The notes beneath the pieces are model-generated. The model did not search any database. It worked only from the letters and a program-made list of their open reading frames with translations, and was not told where the DNA came from. The position numbers were made by a program, and so were the translations under genes. From the human T2T-CHM13v2.0 reference genome, Homo sapiens, in assembly GCF_009914755.1 (NCBI RefSeq), contig NC_060944.1: a stretch of 64,000 nt of DNA; one strand, given 5' to 3'. Shown here piece by piece: positions 15,001 to 28,575 of the stretch. The stretch's first letter is position 1. Each line of letters begins with the position of its first letter.

Positions 15001-17831
15001 ATGGAATGGAATGGAATTGATTTGAATGGAATGGAATCAACTGGAATGGAATGCAATGGAATGGAATGGAATGGAATGGAATCAAATAGAATAGAAACGA
15101 ATGGAATGGAATGGAATGCAGTGGAATGGAATGGAATGGAATCAACCCGTGTGGAATGTAAGGCAAAGGAATGGAATGGAATGGAATGGAATCAACAGAA
15201 TTGGAAGGGAAGGGAATGGAATAGAATGGAATGGAATGGAATGGAATCTACAAAAGTGGAATGGAATGGAATGGAATACAATGGAATGGAATGGAATGGA
15301 ATGGAATGGAATAAACCGGAGTGGAATGGAATGGAATGGAATGCAATGGATTCGATTGGAACTTAATTAACCCGATTGGAATGGAGTGGAATGGAAGGGA
15401 ATGGAAAGAAGCCGATTGGAATGCAGTGGACTGAAAAGGAATGGAATTGAAAGGGATGGAATGGAATGGAATGGAATGCAATGGAATGGAATGGAATGGA
15501 ATGGAATCAACCCGAGTGGAATGGAATAGAATGGAATGGAATGCAATCAACCCAAGTGGAATGGAAAGGAGTGGAATGGAATCGAATGGAATGGATTGGA
15601 ATGGAATGGAATCGAATGCAATCGAATGGAATAGCATGGAAAGTAATGGAATGCAATGGAAAGGAATCAAGCCAGGTGGAATCGAAAGGAATGGAATGGA
15701 ATTGAATGCAATGGAATTGAATGGAATCAAGCCGAGTGGAATGTAATGGCATGGAATGGAGTGGAATGGAATGGAAAGGAATGGAATGGATTCAACGCGA
15801 TTGGAAAGGAATGGAATGGAATGGAATGGAATCAACCCGAGTGGAATGGAGTGCAACGGAATGGAATGAAATGGAATGGAATGGAATGGAATGGAATGGA
15901 ATGGAATGGAATGGAATCAACGTGATTGTAAAGGAATGAAATGAAATGGAATGGAATGGAATGCAATTGAATCAACTCGATTGGAAAGGAATGGTTTGAA
16001 TGGAAATGAAAGGAATGGAATGGAATGAAATCAACCCGAATGGAATGGAATGGAATGGAATGGAATGGAATGGAATGGAATGGAATGGAATGGAATGGAA
16101 TGGAATTTAATGGAATGGAATGGAATGGAATGGAATGGAATGGAATGGAATGGAATGGAATGGAATCACCCAGAGTAGAATTGAATGGAATGGAATGGAA
16201 TGGAAGGGAATGGAATGGAATGGATTCAAACCAAATGGAATGGAATGGAATGGATTGGAATGCAATGGAATTGAATGGAATAAACTGAAGTGGAATGGTA
16301 TAGAATGGAATGGAATGGATTGGAATGCAATGGAATGGGAAGGAATGGAATCAACTAGAATGGAAAGGAATGGAATGGAATGGAATGCAGTGGAATGGAA
16401 TGGAATGGAATCAACCCCTGTGGAATGTAATGCAAAGGAATGGAAAGGAATGGAATGGAATAAACAAAAGTGGAATGGAAGGGAATGGAATAGAATGGAA
16501 TGGAATGGAATGGAATGGAAAGCAATGGAGTCAACCCGAATGGAATCGAATGGAATGGAATGCAAAGGAATGGAATGGAATGGACTGGAATGGGATGGAA
16601 TGGAATGAAACCGAGTGGAGTGGAATGGAATTGAATGAAATGGAATGGAATAAACTGCAAATGAAAGGAATGGAATGGAATGGAATGGAAACAACCAGAG
16701 TGGAATGGAATTGAATGGAATGGAATGGAATGGAATCAACCCGAGTGGAATGGAATTGAATCGAATGGAATGGAATGGAATCAACCAGAGTGGAATGGAA
16801 TTGAATGGAATGGAATGGAATTAACCCGAGTGAAATGGAATGGAAAGGAATGGAATGGAATTTAATGGAATGGAATTGAATGGAATCAACCTGAGTGGAC
16901 TGAAATGAAATGGAGTGGAATGGAAAGCAATGGAATTGAATGGAATCACCCAGAGTTGAATGGAATTGAATGGAATGGAATCAACCCAAATGGAATGTAA
17001 TGAAATGGAATTGAATGGAATTACCCCGAGTGAAATGGCATGGAAAGGAACGGAATAGAATTTAATGGAATGGAATGGCATGCAATGGAATCAACCCGAT
17101 TGGAATGGAATGGCATGAAATGGAATGCAATGCAATGGAATGGAACCAATAAGAGTGAAATGGATTGGAATGGAATGGAATGGAATGAAAGGGAATGGAA
17201 ACAACGCGAGTGGAATGGAATGGAATGGAATGGAATGCAACGGAATGGAATGGAATGCAATGGAATGGAATGGAATACACCAGAGTGGAATGGAATAGAA
17301 TGGAATGGAATGGAGTGGAATCAACCCCAGTGGAATGGAACGGAATGGAATGGAATGGAATGGAATGGAATGGAATGGAATGGAATGCAATGGAATGGAA
17401 TGGAATGGATTGGAATCAAACCGAGTGTAATGGAATGGAATGGAAAGGAATGGAATGGAATGAAATCAACCCGAGTGGAATGGAATGGAATGGAATGGAA
17501 TGGGATGGAATAGAATGAAATGACGTGGATTGGAATCAATCTGAGTGGAATGGAAAGGAATAGAAAGGAATGGAATTGAAGAGAATGGAATGGAATGGAA
17601 TGGAATGGAACCGAATTTAAAGGAATCAACCAGAATGGAATTGACTGTAACGGACGGGAATGGAATGGAATGGAATGGAATGGAATGGAATGGAATGGAA
17701 TGGAATAGAGTGGATTGGAATCAATCTGAGTGGAATGGAAAGGAATGGAAAGGAATGGAATTGAAGAGAATTGAATGGAATGGAACGGAATGGAATGGAA
17801 TGGAATGGAATGGAATGCAATGCAATGGAAT
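7..17831 (+). repeat. Five tandem copies of the ~3.55 kb higher-order unit A (3534, 3584, 3549, 3589, 3569 bp)
   Basis: Landmarks recur in identical order: GAATTGAGTGTAATGGATCG, GGAAAGTTATGG, GAAGTGGAATTCAATAG, AAAAATTCGAG, ACTTAATTAACCCG, CAAGCCAGG, CACCCAGAGTA, TTACCCCGAG, GACTGTAACGGACGGG. The identical 76-aa pseudo-ORF starts at 120, 3654, 7238, 10787, 14376 and 17945. Confidence 0.95.
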
Positions 17832-20800
17832 CAACCAGAGTGGAATTGAGTGTAATGGATCGAAATGGAATGGAATGGAATGGAATAAACCTGAGTAGAA
17901 TGCAATGGTAGGGAATGGAATCGAATGGAATGGAATGGCATTGAATGGAATCAACACGAGTGGAATGGAATGGAATGGATTGGATTGGAAAGTTATGGAA
18001 TCAACCCGAATGGAATGTAATGGAAAGGAATGGAATGGAATGCAGTGTAATTAACCCGAGTGGAATGGAATGGTATGGAGTGAAATGGAACGGAATGGAA
18101 TGGTATGGAATGGAATGGAATGAAAAGGAAAGGAAAGCAATGGAATCAAAACGAGTGGAATGGAATGGAATGTAAAGAAATGAAGTGGAATTCAATAGAA
18201 TCAACACGAGTGGAATAAAATGGAAAGGAATTTAACGGAATGGAATGGAATGGAATGGAATCCAATCCAATGAAAAGGAATGGAATGGAACGGAATAGAA
18301 TGGAATGGAATGGAATGCAATGGAAAAAATTCGAGTGGAATGGAATGGAATGCAAAGTAATATAATGAAAATGAATGGAATCCACCCGAATGGAAAGGAA
18401 AGGAATGGAATGGAATGGAATGGAATGGAATGGTATGGAGAGGAATGGAATTTAATGGAATGGAGAGGAATGGAATGGAATTGAACGGAATGGAATGCAA
18501 AGGAACGGAAAGGAATGGAATGGAATGGAATTGAATGGAGTCAACGCAAGTGTAATTGAATGGAATGGAATGGAATGGAATGGAATGGAATGGAATTGAT
18601 TTGAATGGAATGGAATCAACTGGAATGGAATGCAATGGAATGGAATGCAATGGAATGGAATGGAATGGAATGGAATCAAATAGAATAGAAACGAATGGAA
18701 TGGAATGGAATGCAGTGGAATGGAATGGAATGGAATCAACCCGTGTGGAATGTAAGGCAAAGGAATGGAATGGAATGGAATGGAATCAACAAAATTGGAA
18801 GGGAAGGGAATGGAATAGAATGGAATGGAATGGAATGGAATCTACAAAAGTGGAATGGAATGGAATGGAATACAATGGAATGGAATGGAATGGAATGGAA
18901 TGGAATGGAATAAACCGGAGTGGAATGGAATGGAATGGAATGCAATGGATTTGATTGGAACTTAATTAACCCGATTGGAATGGAGTGGAATGGAATGGAA
19001 TGGAAAGAAGCCGATTGGAATGCAGTGGACTGAAAAGGAATGGAATTGAAAGGGATGGAATGGAATGGAATGGAATGCAATGGAATGGAATGGAATGGAA
19101 TGGAATCAACCCGAGTGGAATGGAATAGAATGGAATGGAATGCAATCAACCCAAGTGGAATGGAAAGGAGTGGAATGGAATCGAATGGAATGGATTGGAA
19201 TGGAATGGAATCGAATGCAATCGAATGGAATAGCATGGAAAGTAATGGAATGCAATGGAAAGGAATCAAGCCAGGTGGAATCGAAAGGAATGGAATGGAA
19301 TTGAATGCAATGGAATTGAATGGAATCAAGCCGAGTGGAATGTAATGGCATGGAATGGAGTGGAATGGAATGGAAAGGAATGGAATGGATTCAACGCGAT
19401 TGGAAAGGAATGGAATGGAATGGAATGGAATCAACCCGAGTGGAATGGAGTGCAACGGAATGGAATGAAATGGAATGGAATGGAATGGAATGGAATGGAA
19501 TGGAATGGAATGGAATGGAATGGAATGGAATCAACGTGATTGTAAAGGAATGAAATGAAATGGAATGGAATGGAATGCAATTGAATCAACTCGATTGGAA
19601 AGGAATGGTTGGAATGGAAATGAAAGGAATGGAATGGAATGAAATCAACCCGAATGGAATGGAATGGAATGGAATTTTATGGAATGGAATGGAATGGAAT
19701 GGAATGGAATGGAATGGAATGGAATCACCCAGAGTATAATTGAATGGAATGGAATGGAATGGAATGGAATGGAATGGAATGGAATGGAATCAACCCGAGT
19801 GGAATGGAATAGAATGGAATGGAATGCAATCAACCCAAGTGGAATGGAAAGGAGTGGAATGGAATCGAATGGAATGGATTGGAATGGAATGGAATCGAAT
19901 GCAATCGAATGGAATAGCATGGAAAATAATGGAATGCAATGGAAAGGAATCAAGCCAGGTGGAATCGAAAGGAATGGAATGGAATTGAATGCAATGGAAT
20001 TGAATGGAATCAAGCCGAGTGGAATGTAATGGCATGGAATGGAGTGGAATGGAATGGAAAGGAATGGAATGGATTCAACGCGATTGGAAAGGAATGGAAT
20101 GGAATGGAATGGAATCAACCCGAGTGGAATGGAGTGCAACGGAATGGAATGAAATGGAATGGAATGGAATGGAATGGAATGGAATGGAATGGAATGGAAT
20201 CAACGTGATTGTAAAGGAATGAAATGAAATGGAATGGAATGGAATGCAATTGAATCAACTCGATTGGAAAGGAATGGTTGGAATGGAAATGAAAGGAATG
20301 GAATGGAATGAAATCAACCCGAATGGAATGGAATGGAATGGAATTTTATGGAATGGAATGGAATGGAATGGAATGGAATGGAATGGAATGGAATGGAATC
20401 ACCCAGAGTATAATTGAATGGAATGGAATGGAATGGAATGGAATGGAATGGAATGGAAGGGAATGGAATGGAATGGATTCAAACCAAATGGAATGGAATG
20501 GAATGGATTGGAATGCAATGGAATTGAATGGAATAAACTGAAGTGGAATGGTATAGAATGGAATGGAATGGATTGGAATGCAATGGAATGGGAAGGAATG
20601 GAATCAACTAGAATGGAAAGGAATGGAATGCAATGGAATGCAGTGGAATGGAATGGAATGGAATCAACCCCTGTGGAATGTAATGCAAAGGAATGGAAAG
20701 GAATGGAATGGAATAAACAAAAGTGGAATGGAAGGGAATGGAATAGAATGGAATGGAATGGAATGGAAAGCAATGGAGTCAACCCGAATGGAATCGAATG

Positions 20801-21944
20801 GAATGGAATGCAAAGGAATGGAATGGAATGGAATGGAATGGACTGGAATGGGATGGAATGGAATGAAACCGAGTGGAGTGGAATGGAATTGAATGAAATG
20901 GAATGGAATAAACTGCAAATGAAAGGAATGGAATGGAATGGAATGGAAACAACCAGAGTGGAATGGAATTGAATGGAATGGAATGGAATGGAATCAACCC
21001 GAGTGGAATGGAATTGAATCGAATGGAATGGAATGGAATCAACCAGAGTGGAATGGAATTGAATGGAATGGAATGGAATTATCCCGAGTGAAATGGAATG
21101 GAAAGGAATGGAATGGAATTTAATGGAATGGAATTGAATGGAATCAACCTGAGTGGACTGAAATGAAATGGAGTGGAATGGAAAGCAATGGAATTGAATG
21201 GAATCACCCAGAGTTGAATGGAATTGAATGGAATGGAATCAACCCAAATGGAATGTAATGAAATGGAATTGAATGGAATTACCCCGAGTGAAATGGCATG
21301 GAAAGGAACGGAATAGAATTTAATGGAATGGAATGGCATGCAATGGAATCAACCCGATTGGAATGGAATGGCATGAAATGGAATGCAATGCAATGGAATG
21401 GAACCAATAAGAGTGAAATGGATTGGAATGGAATGGAATGGAATGAAAGGGAATGGAAACAACGCGAGTGGAATGGAATGGAATGGAATGCAACGGAATG
21501 GAATGGAATGCAATGGAATGGAATGGAATACACCAGAGTGGAATGGAATAGAATGGAATGGAATGGAGTGGAATCAACCCCAGGGGAATGGAACGGAACG
21601 GAATGGAATGGAATGGAATGGAATGGAATGGAATGCAATGGAATGGAATGGAATGGATTGGAATCAAACCGAGTGGAATGGAATGGAATGGAAAGGAATG
21701 GAATGGAATGAAATCAACCCGAGTGGAATGGAATGGAATGGAATGGAATGGGATGGAATAGAATGAAATGACGGGGATTGGAATCAATCTGAGTGGAATG
21801 GAAAGGAATAGAAAGGAATGGAATTGAAGAGAATGGAATGGAATGGAATGGAATGGAACGGAATTTAAAGGAATCAACCAGAATGGAATTGACTGTAACG
21901 GACGGGAATGGAATGGAATGGAATGGAATGGAATGGAATGGAAT
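17832..21944 (+). repeat. Unit A with an internal ~0.68 kb tandem duplication, followed by block B
   Basis: All A landmarks present; the CAAGCCAGG...CACCCAGAGTATAATT segment occurs twice (pseudo-ORF MESSRVEC at 19320 and 20004). Confidence 0.9.
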
Positions 21945-24900
21945 GGAGAGGAATGGATTGGAGTGGAATGGAATAGAATGGAATGGAATGGAATGGAATG
22001 GAATGGAATGGTATCAATACAAGTGTAATTGAATGGAATGGAATGGAATGGAATGGAATGGAGAGGAATGCAATGGAATTGATTTGAATGCAATGGAATC
22101 ACCTGAAATCGAATGGAATGGAATGGAATCAACTAGAATGGAAAGGAATGGAATGGAATGGAATGCAGTTGAATGGAATGGAATGGAATCAACCCGTGTG
22201 GAATGTAATGCAAAGGAATGGAATGGAATGGAATGGAATGGAATCATCAAAAGTGGAATGGAAGGGAATGGAATAGAATGGAATTGAATGGAATGGAATG
22301 GAAAGCAATGGAGTCAACCCGAATGGAATCGAATGTAATGAAATGCAATGGAATGGAATGGAATGCAATGGAATGGAATGGAATTGAATGGAATGGGATA
22401 GGATGGAATGGAATGGAATCAACCGGAGTGGAATAGAATTGAATGGAATGGAATGGAATGGAATCAACCCGAGTGGAATGGAATTGAATCGAATGGAATG
22501 GAATGGAATGGAATGGAATGGAATGGAATCAACCAGAGTGGAATGGAATTGAATGGAATGGAATGGAATGGAATCAACCCGAGTGGAATGGAATTGAATC
22601 GAATGGAATGGAATGGAATGGAGTGGAATGGAATGGAATCAACCAGAGTGGAATGGAATTGAATGGAATGGAATGGAATGGAATCAACCCGAGTGGAATG
22701 GAATTAAATGGAATGGAATGGAATGGAATCAACCCGAGTGGAATGGAATGGAATGGAATAGAATGGAATGGAATGGAAGGGAATGGAATGGAATTAACCC
22801 GAGTCAAATGGAATGGAAAGGAACGGAATGGAATTTAATGGAATGGAATGGAATGGAATCAACCTGAGTGGACTGGAATGAAATGGAGTGGAATGGAAAG
22901 CAATGGATTTGAATGGAATCAGCCAGAGTTGAATGAAATTGAACGGAATGGAATGGAATGGAATCAACCCAAATGGAATGTAATGGAATGGAATTGAATG
23001 GAATTACCCCGAGTGAAATGGCATGGAAAGGAACGGAATAGAAATTAATGGAATGAAATGGAATGGAATGGAATCAACATGAGTGGAATGGAATGGAATG
23101 AAATGGAATGCAATGCAATGGAATGGAACCAATAAAAGTGGAATCGAATGGAATGAAAGGGAATGGAATCAACCCACGTGGAATGGAATGGAATGGAATG
23201 GAATGGAATGGAATGGAATGGAATGGAATGGAATGGAATGGAATGGAATATACCAGAGTGGAATGGAATACAATGGAATGGAAGGGTGTGGAATCAACCA
23301 CAGTGGAATGGAATGAAATGGAATGGAATGGAAAAGAGTGGAATGGAATGGTATGGAATGGAATGGAATGGATTGGAAACAAACCGAGTGTAATGGAATG
23401 GAATGGAAAGGAATGGAATGGAATGAAATCAACCCGAGTGAAATGGAATGGAATGGAATGGGATGGAATAGAATGCAATGGACTGGATTGGAATCAATCT
23501 GAGTGGAATGGAAAGGAATGCAAAGGAATGGGATTGAAGGGAATGGAATGGAATGGAATGGAATGGAATAAACCCGAGTAGAATGCAATGGAAGGGAATG
23601 GAATCGAATGTAATGGAATGGCATTGAATGGAATCAACACGAGTGGAATGGAATGGAATGGAATGGATTGGAGTGGCAAGGAATCAACCCCAGTGGAATG
23701 TAATGTAAAGGAATGGAATGGAATGGAGTAGAATGAACCCGAGTCGAATGGAATGGTATGGAATGAAACGGAATGGAATGGAATGGTATGGAATGGAATG
23801 GAATGGTATTGAACGGAATGGAATGGAATGGAATAGAATCCAATCCAGTGTAAAGGAATGGAACGGAATGGAATGGAATGGAATGGAATGGAATGGAATG
23901 GAATGGAATGGAATGGAATGGAATGGAAAGGAATGGACTCTAATGGAATAAATTGCAGTGGAATGGTATGGAATGCAAAGTAATATAATGAAAATGAGTG
24001 GAATCCACCAAAATGGAAAGGAAAGGAATGGAATGGAATGGAATGAATGGAATGGATTGGAAAGGAATCAACGCGAGTGGAATGGAAAGGAATGGAATGG
24101 AATGGAATGGAATGGAATGGAATGGAATGGAATGGAATGGAATGGATTGGAATGGAATCACCCCGTGTGGAATGGAAAGAATGGAATGCAATGGAAAGCA
24201 ATGGCATGGAATGGAATGGAAAGGAATCGAATGGAATGGAATGGAATGGAGTGGAATCAACCCTGGTGGAATGTAATGGAATGAAATGGAATGGAATGGA
24301 ATGGAATGGAATGGAATGGAATTGAATGGAATGAAATGGATTGGAATCAACCTGCGTGGAATGTAGTGCATTCGAATTGAATGGAATCAACAAGATAGGA
24401 ATGGAATGAAATGGAATGGAATTCAATGGAATGGAATGGAATGGAATGCAATGGAATCAACCCAAATGGAATGTAATGAAATGGAATTGAATGGAATTAC
24501 CCCGAGTGAACTGGCATGGAAAGGAACGGAATAGAATTTAATGGAATGGAATGGCATGCAATGGAATCAACACGAGTGCAATGGAATGCCATGAAATGGA
24601 ATGCAATGCAATGGAATGGAACCAATAAGAGTGGAATGGATTGGAATGGAGTGGAATGGAATGAAAGGGAATGGAATCAACCCGAGTGGAATGGAATGGA
24701 ATGGAATGGAATGGAATGGAACGGAATGGAATGGAATGGAAAGGAATGGCATGGAATGGAATGGAATGCAATGGAATGGAATACACCATAGTGGAATGGA
24801 ATAGAATGGAATGGAATGGAGTCGAATCAACCCCATTGGAATGGAATGGAATGGAATGGAATGGAAAGGAATGGAATGGAATGGGATGGAATGGGTTGGA

Positions 24901-25050
24901 ATCAAACCGAGTGGAATGGAATGGAATGCAATGGAATGGAAAGGAATGGAATGGAATGAAATAAACCCGAATGGAATGGAATGAAATGGAATGGAATGGA
25001 ATGGAATGGAATGGAATGGAATGGAATGGAATGGAATGGAATAGAATGGA
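21945..25050 (+). repeat. Block B copy 1 (~3.1 kb diverged paralogous HSat3 block, complete)
   Basis: B-specific landmarks absent from A: GGTATCAATACAAG, CACCTGAAATCG, GGGATAGGATGG, CAGCCAGAGTTG, CAACCCACGTGG, GGACTCTAATGG, CCACCAAAATGG, CAACCTGCGTGGAATGTAGTGCATTCG, CAACAAGATAGG, ACACCATAG, CCCCATTGG. Confidence 0.92.
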
Positions 25051-28000
25051 ATAGAGTGGATTGGAATCAATCTGAGTGAAATGGAAAGGAATGGAAAGGA
25101 ATGGAATTGAAGAGAATTGAATGGAATGGAACGGAATGGAATGGAATGGAATGGAATGGAATGCAATGCAATGGAATCAACCAGAGTGGAATTGAGTGTA
25201 ATGGATCGAAATGGAATGGAATGGAATGGAATAAACCTGAGTAGAATGCAATGGTAGGGAATGGAATCGAATGGAATGGAATGGCATTGAATGGAATCAA
25301 CACGAGTGGAATGGAATGGAATGGATTGGATTGGAAAGTTATGGAATCAACCCGAATGGAATGTAATGGAAAGGAATGGAAAGGAATGCAGTGTAATTAA
25401 CCCGAGTGGAATGGAATGGTATGGAGTGAAATGGAACGGAATGGAATGGTATGGAATGGAATGGAATGAAAAGGAAAGGAAAGCAATGGAATCAAAACGA
25501 GTGGAATGGAATGGAATGTAAAGAAATGAAGTGGAATTCAATAGAATCAACACGAGTGGAATGAAATGGAAAGGAATTTAACGGAATGGAATGGAATGGA
25601 ATGGAATCCAATCCAATGTAAAGGAATGGAATGGAACGGAATAGAATGGAATGGAATGGAATGGAAAAAATTCGAGTGGAATGGAATGGAATGCAAAGTA
25701 ATATAATGAAAATGAATGGAATCCACCCGAATGGAAAGGAAAGGAATGGAATGGAATGGAATGGAATGGAATGGAATGGAATGGTATGGAGAGGAATGGA
25801 ATTTAATGGAATGGAGAGGAATGGAATGGAATTGAATGGAATGGAATGCAAAGGAACGGAAAGGAATGGAATGGAATGGAATTGAATGGAGTCAACGCAA
25901 GTGTAATTGAATGGAATGGAATGGAATGGAATGGAATGGAATGGAATGGAATTGATTTGAATGGAATGGAATCAACTGGAATGGAATGCAATGGAATGGA
26001 ATGGAATGGAATGGAATCAAATAGAATAGAAACGAATGGAATGGAATGGAATGCAGTGGAATGGAATGGAATGAAATCAACCCGTGTGGAATGTAAGCCA
26101 AAGGAATGGAATGGAATGGAATGCAATCAACGAAATTGGAAGGGAAGGGAATGGAATAGAATGGAATGGAATGGAATGGAATCTACAAAAGTGGAATGGA
26201 ATGGAATGGAATACAATGGAATGGAATGGAATGGAATGGAATGGAATGGAATAAACCGGAGTGGAATGGAATGGAATGGAATGCAATGGATTCGATTGGA
26301 ACTTAATTAACCCGATTGGAATGGAGTGGAATGGAATGGAATGGAAAGAAGCCGATTGGAATGCAGTGGACTGAAAAGGAATGGAATTGAAAGGGATGGA
26401 ATGGAATGGAATGGAATGCAATGGAATGGAATGGAATGGAATGGAATCAACCCAAGTGGAATGGAAAGGAGTGGAATGGAATCGAATGGAATGGATTGGA
26501 ATGGAATGGAATCGAATGCAATCGAATGGAATAGCATGGAAAGTAATGGAATGCAATGGAAAGGAATCAAGCCAGGTGGAATCGAAAGGAATGGAATGGA
26601 ATTGAATGCAATGGAATTGAATGGAATCAAGCCGAGTGGAATGTAATGGCATGGAAGGGAGTGGAATGGAATGGAAAGGAATGGAATGGATTCAACGCGA
26701 TTGGAAAGGAATGGAATGGAATGGAATGGAATGGAATCAACCCGAGTGGAATGGAGTGCAACGGAATGGAATGAAATGGAATGGAATGGAATGGAATGGA
26801 ATGGAATGGAATGGAATCAACGTGATTGTAAAGGAATGAAATGAAATGGAATGGAATGGAATGCAATTGAATCAACTCGATTGGAAAGGAATGGTTGGAA
26901 TGGAAATGAAAGAATGGAATGGAATGAAATCAACCCGAATGGAATGGAATGGAATGGAATTTAATGGAATGGAATGGAATGGAATGGAATGGAATGGAAT
27001 GGAATCACCCAGAGTATAATTGAATGGAATGGAATGGAATGGAATGGAATGGAATGGAATGGAAGGGAATTGAATGGAATGGTTTCAAACCAAATGGAAT
27101 GGAATGGAATGGATTGGAATGCAATGGAATTGAATGGAATAAACTGAAGTGGAATGGTATAGAATGGAATGGAATGGATTGGAATGCAATGGAATGGGAA
27201 GGAATGGAATCAACTAGAATGGAAAGGAATGGAATGGAATGGAATGCAGTGGAATGGAATGGAATGGAATCAACCCCTGTGGAATGTAATGCAAAGGAAT
27301 GGAAAGGAATGGAATGGAATAAACAAAAGTGGAATGGAAGGGAATGGAATAGAATGGAATGGAATGGAATGGAAAGCAATGGAGTCAACCCGAATGGAAT
27401 CGAATGGAATGGAATGCAAAGGAATGGAATGGAATGGAATGGAATGGAATGGAATGGAATGGACTGGAATGGGATGGAATGGAATGAAACCGAGTGGAGT
27501 GGAATGGAATTGAATGAAATGGAATGGAATAAACTGCAAATGAAAGGAATGGAATGGAATGGAATGGAAACAACCAGAGTGGAATGGAATTGAATGGAAT
27601 GGAATGGAATGGAATCAACCCGACTGGAATGGAATTGAATCGAATGGAATGGAATGGAATCAACCAGAGTGGAATGGAATTGAATGGAATGGAATGGAAT
27701 TAACCCGAGTGAAATGGAATGGAAAGGAATGGAATGGAATTTAATGGAATGGAATTGAATGGAATCAACCTGAGTGGACTGAAATGAAATGGAGTGGAAT
27801 GGAAAGCAATGGAATTGAATGGAATCACCCAGAGTTGAATGGAATTGAATGGAATGGAATCAACCCAAATGGAATGTAATGAAATGGAATTGAATGGAAT
27901 TACCCCGAGTGAAATGGCATGGAAAGGAACGGAATAGAATTTAATGGAATGGAATGGAATGCAATGGAATCAACCCGATTGGAATGGAATGGCATGAAAT

Positions 28001-28575
28001 GGAATGCAATGCAATGGAATGGAACCAATAAGAGTGAAATGGATTGGAATGGAATGGAATGGAATGAAAGGGAATGGAAACAACGCGAGTGGAATGGAAT
28101 GGAATGGAATGCAACGGAATGGAATGGAATGCAATGGAATGGAATGGAATACACCAGAGTGGAATGGAATAGAATGGAATGGAATGGAGTGGAATCAACC
28201 CCAGTGGAATGGAACGGAATGGAATGGAATGGAATGGAATGGAATGGAATGGAATGGAATGCAATGGAATGGAATGGAATGGATTGGAATCAAACCGAGT
28301 GTAATGGAATGGAATGGAAAGGAATGGAATGGAATGAAATCAACCCGAGTGGAATGGAATGGAATGGAATGGAATGGGATGGAATAGAATGAAATGACGT
28401 GGATTGGAATCAATCTGAGTGGAATGGAAAGGAATAGAAAGGAATGGAATTGAAGAGAATGGAATGGAATGGAATGGAATGGAACGGAATTTAAAGGAAT
28501 CAACCAGAATGGAATTGACTGTAACGGACGGGAATGGAATGGAATGGAATGGAATGGAATGGAATGGAATGGAAT
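25051..28575 (+). repeat. Unit A with a private 40-bp deletion (~26447) and a private 1-bp deletion (~26910)
   Basis: A landmarks in order; lacks CAACCCGAGT...GCAAT before CAACCCAAGT; GAAAGAATGG in place of GAAAGGAATGG. Confidence 0.9.

Noticed and set aside
21945-25050. Block B as a mobile element
   Set aside because: It is satellite sequence throughout, has no termini, poly(A) or coding capacity, and always occupies the same site, consistent with inheritance by duplication.
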